Source of the DNA: an uncultured Clostridia bacterium
GTDB lineage: Bacteria; Bacillota; Clostridia; Christensenellales; Borkfalkiaceae
NCBI GenBank assembly: GCA_947587775.1
Contig: CANPYD010000001.1
Coordinates: 1-43,170 of the forward strand
Reading direction: 5' to 3'
Length of the DNA: 43,170 bases
Of the stretch, positions 17,739-25,712 are shown piece by piece. The position numbers and the translations under genes were made by a program. Every line of letters starts with the position of its first letter. The first letter of the stretch is position 1. Below the pieces are notes generated by a model that made no database searches, was not told where the DNA came from, and worked only from the letters and a program-made list of their open reading frames with translations.

Positions 17739-18963
17739 TCATCCTCTCCTCTTCGATGATATTTTTAAGCTCTTCCTCGACGGGACGGACGCGTTTTCTG
17801 TAAACGGCGTACATGATCGTCCAAATCACAAGCGAAACGATCGCCGCAGGGATAAGAAACACCATCGTACCTGCCCCGATCCCGACGATCAAGCTCTGTT
17901 CACGGTCTGAAATATATCCGGCGACGCCGAACGACATACCGAGGGCGATCGCAGCAAACAGAAAACATGCGAACATGATATTCCCCCTTTTCTGCTGCCG
18001 TATCCACGCGCCCTGTAATTGTTTGCGGAGCGTATCCGGCCTGTCATCTGTAAGTTTTTCGTAATTTCTCCTGTATATCTCCCGTTTCTTTGCCTCGAGC
18101 GGCAATAATTGCGCGAAAAAGAACGCGAGTGCGAACACAATGACGACAAGACTGACCGTCCAACCAACGGCGCGGTCAAGTTGATCCCAGAACCCTGCAA
18201 CGAAGATCAGAACGCCGAAAATCATGCCGAGGAACAGCGCGGTGAAACTCGAACGCCTCGACACGGCGCGGAAGTCCTCCTTTTCCGTCTCTTCCTTCAA
18301 AAACGCCGCAACGGGCACGGGAAGAGCCGAAAATCCGCGTGCGCTTTCGGACTGCGCGAAAATTTTACTTTCGGGTAAGCCGAATTTGCTCCGCTTGATC
18401 TCATCGAGCTCCCGCCCCGCCCTTTCATAGAGCACAGCCCGCGCCTTTCCTTCGCCCGCTGCCTGTAACATACCGGGGATCGCAAGAACAATGGCTGCAG
18501 CGATACATGCGAGCGGCAGGACGATCTCGGGAATCTCCGTAAATATCGAAAGAAACTCGGCTGCGGCAAGGATCGCAAAGCCAAGCACGGTGAATCCTGC
18601 CGACAAGACCTGTCTCAGATCCCGTTTCCCGAAGGCCTCCCGCCATGCCTCATAGAGTTTTTTGTAATTTTCCCTCTCTTCTCCCCGCTTTTCGATCTCG
18701 TTTGCGGCATTTTCGAGCTCCACAAGCGCATCGGCAAACTTTTTCTGCACGAAAGAAAGGATGCTTGCCGCACATTCCAAAAGAAATCCGAGCACGGTCA
18801 AGGCGATGCACAGAGGAGCGTTTTTCGCTCCGAAAAGATTGACAAATACGGGGATCACGGCAAACAAAGCCCCCAAAAGGCCTATCGCCGTGCAAAAACG
18901 TCGGAATCTTTTCAGATCATCCGCGCGTTTTCCCGTCAAATACAGCCTCAAAAATTCGTCCAT
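17722..18963 (-). CDS. Polytopic membrane protein of unknown function (about 8 TM in four hairpins)
   Basis: Track ORF 17722..18978 begins at a TTG. The first ATG (18963) lies 4 nt after the permease TGA. Four pairs of hydrophobic helices are separated by charged helical linkers. I recognise no catalytic motif. Confidence 0.75.
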   Translation of the reverse strand: MDEFLRLYLTGKRADDLKRFRRFCTAIGLLGALFAVIPVFVNLFGAKNAPLCIALTVLGFLLECAASILSFVQKKFADALVELENAANEIEKRGEERENYKKLYEAWREAFGKRDLRQVLSAGFTVLGFAILAAAEFLSIFTEIPEIVLPLACIAAAIVLAIPGMLQAAGEGKARAVLYERAGRELDEIKRSKFGLPESKIFAQSESARGFSALPVPVAAFLKEETEKEDFRAVSRRSSFTALFLGMIFGVLIFVAGFWDQLDRAVGWTVSLVVIVFALAFFFAQLLPLEAKKREIYRRNYEKLTDDRPDTLRKQLQGAWIRQQKRGNIMFACFLFAAIALGMSFGVAGYISDREQSLIVGIGAGTMVFLIPAAIVSLVIWTIMYAVYRKRVRPVEEELKNIIEEERMNERHG

Positions 18964-18967
18964 TGTA

Positions 18968-20095
18968 TCACTTTCCAAACATGATTTTTTCGCTCGAGAG
19001 CATCCTCGTCATGAGGAACACCAGCCCCGCCGTATAGACGAGGTTCGCCCCGACGCTGACAAGCGACTGCCATACGGGAAGCGCTCCCGCAAGGAGACCC
19101 TGCATGCTGACGACGGCGTTCAGAATGGGGATCGCCACGACCCAATCTCCGATCGCGGGCACAAACGCCGCCACGAGCGAAAAGATCATCACGAAGATCA
19201 TGAGGACGCTCGTATAGGCGGAGGCCTCCTTGACGGAACGGGAAGCCGTCGAGATCATCGAGATGAGCGAGACGATGAGCGGGACGAAACTCAGGATCAG
19301 AAGGAAAATGAGGACATACGCCCCGAAGCTGTATCCGCCGAGCATTCCAACAGAGAGCCCCATGAGTCTAGGCATCGAGAGGACGACGCCGAGGAAGCTC
19401 GAGAGCGCCCCGAGCATCGAGATACAGGCAAGCGGGACGACCTTCCCGAGGGCGATATGCGACCGTTTTGCGGAAGTTACGAGGATGGTCGCAAGCGTTC
19501 CGCGCTCCTTCTCCCCCGCCACCGATTCGAGCGTCACCGACATGCACGCCGAGAATACGAAGCAAACGATGATGAAGGGCAAGATCTGCTGCATGACTTC
19601 CCTGCCGATGCTTTCATCCGAAGCGAGCGGCTCGGAATGAATGGAAAACTTCATGCCGACGTTCTGCAATACCGCAAAAGCAAGGGAATAAAACCCGCTG
19701 CCCGCCTCGTCCATGGGGTCGTAAATGATGGAAACGACAAAATCAACGGGATTAGCGCCGTTTTCGCCGAACCGGTCGAAATCTTCCGTAAAGGAGAGAA
19801 TGGCGGTCGCTTCCCCCTCTTCCACTTCCTTCCGCGCCGCTTCCATATCTTCGAGGGTGATCCATTCGACGGTGTTCCCGCTTGTCTCCACCGCAGATTG
19901 GAGGACGGAAGTAAGGGCAGATTCACCCTCTACATAGACTTTATAATCATACTTCGTGGGTTCGGTGTGAATGGCTTCGCCGATGACCGAATAGAGCAAA
20001 AAGATGATGATCCCGGGGAGCAGCATCGTGATGATGAGCCGCCGATCATGGAAAAACCGATGAAATTCTTTCTTGATGAGCGCGAAAAGTTTCAT
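18968..20095 (-). CDS. ABC-2 family permease, NatB-like
   Basis: 375-aa ORF. TM1 is followed by a large extracytoplasmic loop, then five C-terminal TM helices, which is the typical NatB/ABC-2 exporter architecture. ATGA overlap with the ATPase stop. Confidence 0.85.
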   Translation of the reverse strand: MKLFALIKKEFHRFFHDRRLIITMLLPGIIIFLLYSVIGEAIHTEPTKYDYKVYVEGESALTSVLQSAVETSGNTVEWITLEDMEAARKEVEEGEATAILSFTEDFDRFGENGANPVDFVVSIIYDPMDEAGSGFYSLAFAVLQNVGMKFSIHSEPLASDESIGREVMQQILPFIIVCFVFSACMSVTLESVAGEKERGTLATILVTSAKRSHIALGKVVPLACISMLGALSSFLGVVLSMPRLMGLSVGMLGGYSFGAYVLIFLLILSFVPLIVSLISMISTASRSVKEASAYTSVLMIFVMIFSLVAAFVPAIGDWVVAIPILNAVVSMQGLLAGALPVWQSLVSVGANLVYTAGLVFLMTRMLSSEKIMFGK

Positions 20096-20874
20096 ACGAA
20101 CTCCCCCTTGATCTCATGATAAATGTCGAAAAAGCTCTTTTCGAGATCCCCGTTCGCGACTTCCGCGAGCGTCCCCTCACGCGCCATTTTTCCGTCGATG
20201 ATGACGCCGACACGGTCGCAGAGTTTCTCCACAAGCGAAAAGATGTGCGTGGAAAGAAGAATGCTCTTGCCCATCTCCTTCAGTTCCAAAAGAAAATCGG
20301 TGACGACCTTTGCCGTGAGCACATCCAAACCGTTCGTCGGTTCGTCAAAGATGACGACGGCGGGATCATGCACGATGGAAATGACGAGAGATACCTTCTG
20401 TAACATCCCCGTCGACAAATCTTTGACCTGCACCTGCGCAAAACGGTCGATCCCGAAGCGCGAAAAGAGCTCACGCTTCCTTTGGGCGAGCGCATCCTTC
20501 CCGACGCCGTGCATCGCGCCGAAAAAGTCAAAGAGATAATCGGGCGTAAAGAATCCCTCGAGTTTTAACTCGCTCGTCATAAATCCGATGCTGTCACGCA
20601 CCTTTTCGGGCTGTTTCACGATGGAAAACCCGTTGACGGTTGCGTCGCCCGCATCCGGCTTGATGAGTGTGGAGAGCATGCGGAGCGTCGTCGTCTTTCC
20701 CGCGCCGTTCGGGCCGAGGAGCCCGTAGATCTCCCCGCGATAGGCAGAAAAAGAGAGTCCGTTGACCGCAATGCGGCTCTTCTCCCCCGTTTTTTCAATT
20801 TTTTGCTGTTTTCTCGAGAGCGTGAAGGTCTTTTTCAAGCCTTCCGCCCTTACAATTTCTTCATGTTCCGACAT
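20092..20874 (-). CDS. ABC transporter ATP-binding protein, NatA-like
   Basis: Walker A GPNGAGKTT, signature LSTGMLQK, Walker B VIFDEP. The SD-led ATG is at 20874 (GAGG, then 5 nt). The track ORF starts at GTG 20889, which overlaps the upstream stop. Confidence 0.9.
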   Translation of the reverse strand: MSEHEEIVRAEGLKKTFTLSRKQQKIEKTGEKSRIAVNGLSFSAYRGEIYGLLGPNGAGKTTTLRMLSTLIKPDAGDATVNGFSIVKQPEKVRDSIGFMTSELKLEGFFTPDYLFDFFGAMHGVGKDALAQRKRELFSRFGIDRFAQVQVKDLSTGMLQKVSLVISIVHDPAVVIFDEPTNGLDVLTAKVVTDFLLELKEMGKSILLSTHIFSLVEKLCDRVGVIIDGKMAREGTLAEVANGDLEKSFFDIYHEIKGEFV

Positions 20875-20885
20875 ACTGACCTCAT

Positions 20886-21764
20886 TCACTTTTTCACGTC
20901 GATGATACTTTGCGCCTTGTAGCCGAGCATGGGCGCAAGCGCTTCAAATTCATAGGGCGGGATGAGAAGTTCAAACGTCTCACTGCCGCGGATTTCCACG
21001 CGGTAGCAGGGCTTCACAACCATCTGCCCATAGCGGTTACAGCGGATCTTATTGGGTTTGAACGCTCCTTTGTTAAATCGTTCCGCCTTGTTCCATCCCA
21101 CAAACATCGTCTTTTCGCAGATACGCGAGAGAGACGCGATGCTGTCATAGGGAATACGGACTACATAGGAGGTGTCGGCAATGCAGAGCGCTTCGCTGTC
21201 GCGGAAAGCATAGAACGGAATGTTTGCACGGGACTTCGCGGGCAAGATGCCCCTCTTTTTTCCGCTTTTCGTCCTGTACACATCGGCAAAGACATCTAAG
21301 GGCACCGCGTCGGACGGCACAAGCATGCTGTCGAGGGCCTCCCTTCTGACCTTTTCATATCGATCCACATGCTCTCTGACGGCGGAAGAGTTCGTCACCG
21401 ACTTATTTCTGAAGTACTGCATGATGAAAAAGGCGATCGCAAAAAGCGCAAGTCCCCCGCCGAAGCCGATGAACCACCAAAAACCGCTCGAGACGGCAAT
21501 CTCATAGGTCGCATTCTCCTCGCTGAGAAGCTCCAAAGCGATCGCAAGAAGCAAAGCGCCGCACAAAAGGATGATCCAAAAGACGTTCGACAGCCAAGGC
21601 GGAAAATTTGCCGTCTTCCGGACGTTGTCGTCCTCCCGTTCCATGGCATTGAGACGGGACCGCATACCCTCGTCGATGCGCTTGACGATGAACTCGCTCC
21701 CGTCGGGTTCGGGAAGAGGCCAAGGCTCCTTTCCCTTGACCGAAAAGCCGAAAAGATTTTTCAT
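20886..21764 (-). CDS. 2-TM membrane protein of unknown function with about 170-aa C-terminal soluble domain
   Basis: 292-aa ORF with the ATG 8 nt after the SPFH stop. Two hydrophobic helices (VFWIILLCGALLLAIALELL and WWFIGFGGGLALFAIAFFIM). I recognise no motif in the C-terminal domain. Confidence 0.72.
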   Translation of the reverse strand: MKNLFGFSVKGKEPWPLPEPDGSEFIVKRIDEGMRSRLNAMEREDDNVRKTANFPPWLSNVFWIILLCGALLLAIALELLSEENATYEIAVSSGFWWFIGFGGGLALFAIAFFIMQYFRNKSVTNSSAVREHVDRYEKVRREALDSMLVPSDAVPLDVFADVYRTKSGKKRGILPAKSRANIPFYAFRDSEALCIADTSYVVRIPYDSIASLSRICEKTMFVGWNKAERFNKGAFKPNKIRCNRYGQMVVKPCYRVEIRGSETFELLIPPYEFEALAPMLGYKAQSIIDVKK

Positions 21765-21772
21765 GACAAAGT

Positions 21773-22723
21773 TCAGTAGATACTCCCCGTGCCGACAACC
21801 GGCTGTGCATCACGGTTGCCGCAGAGAACGACAAGGAGATTGGAGACCATCTGCGCCTTTCTCTCGTCGTCAAGCTCTACGATCTCCTCTTCGGAGAGCT
21901 TATTGAGCGCCATCTGTACCATGGAAACCGCTCCCTCGACGATCTTCTGCCTTGCCGCAATGATCGCGGAAGCCTGCTGCCGCTGTAACATCGCCGCGGC
22001 GATCTCGGGCGCATAGGCAAGATGGGAGATGCGGGCTTCGATGATCTCGATACCCGCCATATCCACACGCTGCTGGAGCTCACCGCGCAGAACGTCGGCG
22101 ATCTCCTGCGCACTGCCGCGGAGAGACTTTTCGTCCCCGTTCGAGGAGACGTCGTACGGATACTGCCGCGCGACCTGACGGATCGCCGCGTCGCACTGCG
22201 TAGAGATATACGACATATAATTTTCAACGTTGAATACGGCGCGGGCGGTGTTCGTAATGCGCCAGATGACGACGACGGAGATCTCGATCGGATTCCCCTC
22301 TTCATCGTTCACCTTCTGCTTATCGTTATTGAGCGTCATCGCCTTCAAAGAGAGCTTGCGCGAAACGCCCGCGACCGCTCTCGCGGGATTGACGGCGGCG
22401 CAGAAGGGATTCGTCCAGAAAAATCCGTCCGTCTTGATCGTGCCGTAATATTTTCCGAAGAGGGTCAACACATACGCCTCGTTCGGCTGCAAGAGCTTGA
22501 ATCCCGCCATCATGACGTTCGTCACAATGAGAAGCACGGCCCCGATCGGTACAAATGCGATCATGGCGGGGATCTCCTCACTGAAAACGCCGCCGAGAAT
22601 CACAAGCGCAACGGAAGCGATCACCATAAAAAGCAGGATGAACAACATCATCCAGCCGCTTTTGATGCGCGCGGGACGCTCATCCACAACGTTGAGCGAC
22701 CTCACATCCCTGTTTTCTTTCAT
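21773..22723 (-). CDS. SPFH/band-7 (stomatin-like) membrane protein
   Basis: The track ORF starts at TTG 22738. The SD-led ATG (GGAGG, then 8 nt) is at 22723. An N-terminal TM hairpin is followed by an SPFH core ([23 protein letters not shown] ... [42 protein letters not shown]). Confidence 0.88.
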   Translation of the reverse strand: MKENRDVRSLNVVDERPARIKSGWMMLFILLFMVIASVALVILGGVFSEEIPAMIAFVPIGAVLLIVTNVMMAGFKLLQPNEAYVLTLFGKYYGTIKTDGFFWTNPFCAAVNPARAVAGVSRKLSLKAMTLNNDKQKVNDEEGNPIEISVVVIWRITNTARAVFNVENYMSYISTQCDAAIRQVARQYPYDVSSNGDEKSLRGSAQEIADVLRGELQQRVDMAGIEIIEARISHLAYAPEIAAAMLQRQQASAIIAARQKIVEGAVSMVQMALNKLSEEEIVELDDERKAQMVSNLLVVLCGNRDAQPVVGTGSIY

Positions 22724-22740
22724 TTCCAAATCCTCCAATC

Positions 22741-22759
22741 TGATATCATTTTGATATCA
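22741..22759. promoter_or_regulatory. Tandem palindromic 8-mers TGATATCA-N3-TGATATCA in the SPFH operon leader (candidate operator)
   Basis: Two identical copies at 22741-22748 and 22752-22759, 11 bp centre to centre, immediately upstream of the SD of the first operon gene. Confidence 0.4.
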
Positions 22760-22842
22760 TATATTTTTTACCCGCTTTTTTTCGCCGTAAAACGGCGCCC
22801 AAAAAAATTTATGAAATTTTATGATCTGCGGCGGCAGTCCCC

Positions 22843-22871
22843 TTGAAAAAAAGAAAGAATTGTGATATGAT
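22843..22871 (+). promoter_or_regulatory. Promoter of upp
   Basis: TTGAAA (22843-22848), a 17-nt spacer, then TATGAT (22866-22871), preceded by TGA (extended -10). Confidence 0.5.
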
Positions 22872-22905
22872 AGAGGAAATGGCAAGAATGCAAAAGGAGA
22901 AGCGA

Positions 22906-23535
22906 ATGGAAAACGTCTTTATTTTCGATCACCCTCTCATCAAACATAAAATCTCTATCCTGCGTGACAAAAACACGGGAATGAAGGAATTCCGCGAACT
23001 CGTAGAGGAGATCACAACGATCATGACCTACGAGAGTATGCGGGATATGCAGCTTGTGCCCGTTCAGGTGGAGACCCCTCTCGAAGTCACAACGCAGTAC
23101 CGCGTTCCGGAGGAGAGCATCGCCATCGTCCCCATCTTACGGGCGGGTCTCGGCATGGTGAACGGCGTCCACAAGGTGTTCCCCACCGCGAGAGTCGGGC
23201 ACATCGGAATGTATCGCAATGAAGAGACGCTCGAACCGCAGGAGTACTATTGCAAACTTCCCGACGGGATCGCAGATAAGACGGTTTTTCTTGTCGATCC
23301 CATGCTTGCAACGGGCGGCTCCGCATGCGACGCGCTGAACGCTCTGAAAAAACGGGGCTGTAAGCACATCAAACTGATGTCCATCATTGCCGCACCGCAG
23401 GGCGTCGAAAAAGTTGCAAGGGAACATCCCGACGTCTCCGTCTACGTCTCCACCCTCGACCGCTGCCTCAACGAACGCGGCTACATTCTCCCGGGGCTCG
23501 GCGACGCGGGCGACAGGCTGTTCGGCACAAAGTAA
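22906..23535 (+). CDS. upp: Uracil phosphoribosyltransferase
   Basis: Track ORF trimmed to the AAGGAG-led ATG at 22906, giving a 209-aa protein: MENVFIFDHPLIKHKISILRDKNTGMKEFRELVEE.... PRPP loop VDPMLATGGS. Confidence 0.95.
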   Translation: MENVFIFDHPLIKHKISILRDKNTGMKEFRELVEEITTIMTYESMRDMQLVPVQVETPLEVTTQYRVPEESIAIVPILRAGLGMVNGVHKVFPTARVGHIGMYRNEETLEPQEYYCKLPDGIADKTVFLVDPMLATGGSACDALNALKKRGCKHIKLMSIIAAPQGVEKVAREHPDVSVYVSTLDRCLNERGYILPGLGDAGDRLFGTK

Positions 23536-23545
23536 AAAGTATGAA

Positions 23546-23580
23546 AAGAGCTCTCCTGCTTTCGGGAGAGCCCTTATTTT
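23546..23580. terminator. Bidirectional terminator between upp and the ynbB-like gene
   Basis: GCTCTCC-N8-GGAGAGC (23550-23571) with T-rich runs on both strands. Confidence 0.55.
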
Positions 23581-23590
23581 GTCTTTTTCG

Positions 23591-24814
23591 TTATTTCGGA
23601 AGTTTTTCAAGGATCGCTTTGCAGGCGATCTTGCAGTGTTCATAGGTAAGCCCACCTTGAAAATAGGCGGTGTACGGCTCGCGGATGGGCGCGTCGGCGG
23701 AAAGTTCGATACTCGCCCCAGCGACAAACGTCCCTGCCGCCATGATGACCTGATCGTCATACCCCGGCATGTCCCACGGTTCCAACGTCACGAAAGAATC
23801 GACGGGCGAGACGTCCTGAACGGATTGGATAAAGGCGCAGAGCTCCTCTTTTGTATGAAAACGGATGGCGCGGGTGATATCGGAGAGCGGCTTGGACGTT
23901 TCGGGAAAATTCCGATAGCCGAGCATCTCCATGCATTTGCCGATGAGGAGTCCCCCCTTGAGCGCCTGCGCCACGACGTGCGGGGCGAGAAAAAAACCCT
24001 GATAAAACTGTTGATATCCAAAGGCGTAGGAGCCGATCTCTCCGCCCACAGAGGGCGCAGTGAGACGGTTTTCGCACATCTCGACATAGATTTCTTTTCC
24101 TGCAATGTATCCCCCCGTCGGTGCAAGCCCGCCCCCGGGATTTTTAATGAGGCTTCCCACGATGAGATCGGCGCCGACTTCGGTCGGCTCCCTCGTTTCC
24201 ACGAACTCACCGTAGCAATTATCCACGAAAATACAGCCCGTGAAGCCCTTTTCGCGCGCAAATGCGATAAATTCACCGATCTCGCCGACGGAAAAGGCGT
24301 CGCGGAGTTCATATCCGCGCGAACGCTGCAAATAGAGCATATCGTATTTTTGGGTTTTCAGCCGCTCCGAAACGCCCGCCCAATCGATCTTTCCGTCTTC
24401 CGTCAGAGGAAGCGTCTCGGAAAAGACCCCGAAATCCTTCAGGGAACCGTTGCCGCTCCCCCCGATGACGGGACGGATGGTGTCGTACGGCTCGCCCGTC
24501 ACAAAGAGAATCCGCATCCCGGGGCGAAGCACACCGAAGAGCGCGACGGTGAGCGCATGCGTTCCCGAAAGCAGTGCGGGAGATACGATTGCCCGCTCCG
24601 CGCCGAACGCGCATGCATACACCCGTTTGAGTGCCTCTCTTCCCTCGTCTCCGTAGCCGTACCCCGTCGAAGGCATGAAGTGGCGAAGGGCGATCCGCTC
24701 CTCCCGAAACGCATTCAAAACCTTCTCCTGATTGTACAGAGCGATCTCGTCGATCCTCTCAAATTGCGGCTTTAAGCTCTCTTCCGCAAGCCTGATCCTT
24801 TCATTCGCATCCAT
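23591..24814 (-). CDS. ynbB: PLP-dependent methionine gamma-lyase-family protein (YnbB / aluminium-resistance family)
   Basis: 407-aa ORF. The N-terminal block ...FERIDEIALYNQEKVLNAFREERIALRHFMPSTGYGYGDEGREALKRVYACAFGAE... is typical of this family. Confidence 0.8.
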   Translation of the reverse strand: MDANERIRLAEESLKPQFERIDEIALYNQEKVLNAFREERIALRHFMPSTGYGYGDEGREALKRVYACAFGAERAIVSPALLSGTHALTVALFGVLRPGMRILFVTGEPYDTIRPVIGGSGNGSLKDFGVFSETLPLTEDGKIDWAGVSERLKTQKYDMLYLQRSRGYELRDAFSVGEIGEFIAFAREKGFTGCIFVDNCYGEFVETREPTEVGADLIVGSLIKNPGGGLAPTGGYIAGKEIYVEMCENRLTAPSVGGEIGSYAFGYQQFYQGFFLAPHVVAQALKGGLLIGKCMEMLGYRNFPETSKPLSDITRAIRFHTKEELCAFIQSVQDVSPVDSFVTLEPWDMPGYDDQVIMAAGTFVAGASIELSADAPIREPYTAYFQGGLTYEHCKIACKAILEKLPK

Positions 24815-25712
24815 ATAATTTTATGACCTCCTGCGCGGCTTTTTCGGGAGAGCTCGGCTCCATACCGTGTAAATTGGGCATTTTTTTGAAAAATGTCTCC
24901 TGCCGCTTCGCATAATTTCTGGTATTTTTTTTGATTATGTCTGACATAGTACTCTGCAAATCGTGATTTTTCAGGCCTTCCACGACTTCTTTGTATCCGA
25001 TCCCCTGCATGCACAGGGCATTCTCGGGGACGCCCGATGCAATTAAATCCTCGACCTCTTCCACGAGCCCCGCTTCCATCATGGCATCCACCCTTCTTTC
25101 GATCCTGCGGTACAGCTCTTCACGCGGATAGCGGAAGCAGAAGGCCTCAAAGGGGTAACGGGGAAGATCCGAGTCATGTTGATCGGATTTTTTCTTTCCC
25201 GTGAGCTCATAGATCTCGAGCGCGCGGACGACGCGCTTGACATCGTTGCAGTGGAGCTTTTCCGCGCTCTCCCTGTCCACCTCGGCAAGAATGGCGTGAA
25301 GCGCTTCCCTGCCCTGTTCTTCCGCAATCCTTTCGTATTTCTCGCGCACCGACCTGTCTGCGGGCGCGTGTCCGAACGCATGGGAAAAGAGAACGGCGTT
25401 GAGATAGAACCCCGTTCCCCCGCAGAGAATCGGCGTCTTGCCGCGGGAAAGAATGTCCTCAACCGCACCGAGCGCGAGTCTTTCGAAGTCGCTCACCGAA
25501 AAATTTTCGGTGGGATCCGCGACGTCGATCAAGTGGTGCGGGATCCCCCTTCTCTCCTCTTCGGTAGGCTTCGCGGTGCCGATATTCAAGCCGCGATAGA
25601 CGAGCAGTGCGTCGCACGAAACGATCTCTCCGTCTAAGAGGCGGGCGCACTCCACCGCAAGCGCGGTCTTCCCCGAAGCGGTCGGACCGCAGATGGCAAG
25701 AATTTTTTTCAT
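24801..25712 (-). CDS. miaA: tRNA dimethylallyltransferase MiaA
   Basis: Trimmed to the ATG at 25712 (ATGA overlap with the mutL stop), giving MKKILAICGPTASGKTALAVE.... P-loop GPTASGKT. Confidence 0.9.
   Translation of the reverse strand: MKKILAICGPTASGKTALAVECARLLDGEIVSCDALLVYRGLNIGTAKPTEEERRGIPHHLIDVADPTENFSVSDFERLALGAVEDILSRGKTPILCGGTGFYLNAVLFSHAFGHAPADRSVREKYERIAEEQGREALHAILAEVDRESAEKLHCNDVKRVVRALEIYELTGKKKSDQHDSDLPRYPFEAFCFRYPREELYRRIERRVDAMMEAGLVEEVEDLIASGVPENALCMQGIGYKEVVEGLKNHDLQSTMSDIIKKNTRNYAKRQETFFKKMPNLHGMEPSSPEKAAQEVIKLYGCE

Noticed and set aside
18761-20119. 452-aa forward ORF opposite the ABC-2 permease
   Set aside because: Arg/Asp/Glu/His-rich nonsense opposite a well-formed polytopic membrane protein. 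No SD-led start.
17562-22759. Calling the SPFH/ABC/RHH operon an anti-phage defence system
   Set aside because: It has no nuclease, helicase, protease, NTPase other than the ABC subunit, TIR/SIR2-type effector or mobile-element context. The flanking genes are core housekeeping genes. Only the weaker claim of an uncharacterised membrane module is supported.
22783-22797. CGCCG-TAAAA-CGGCG hairpin flanked by T7 and A7 runs in the SPFH/upp intergenic region, considered as a terminator
   Set aside because: The stem is only 5 bp, and on neither strand does a T-tract directly follow it. It also lies between two divergent promoters, where no upstream transcript needs terminating.
23387-24775. 462-aa forward ORF opposite the ynbB-like gene
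   Set aside because: It lies antisense to a clearly family-like PLP enzyme and begins inside upp. It has no motifs. GC3 artefact.
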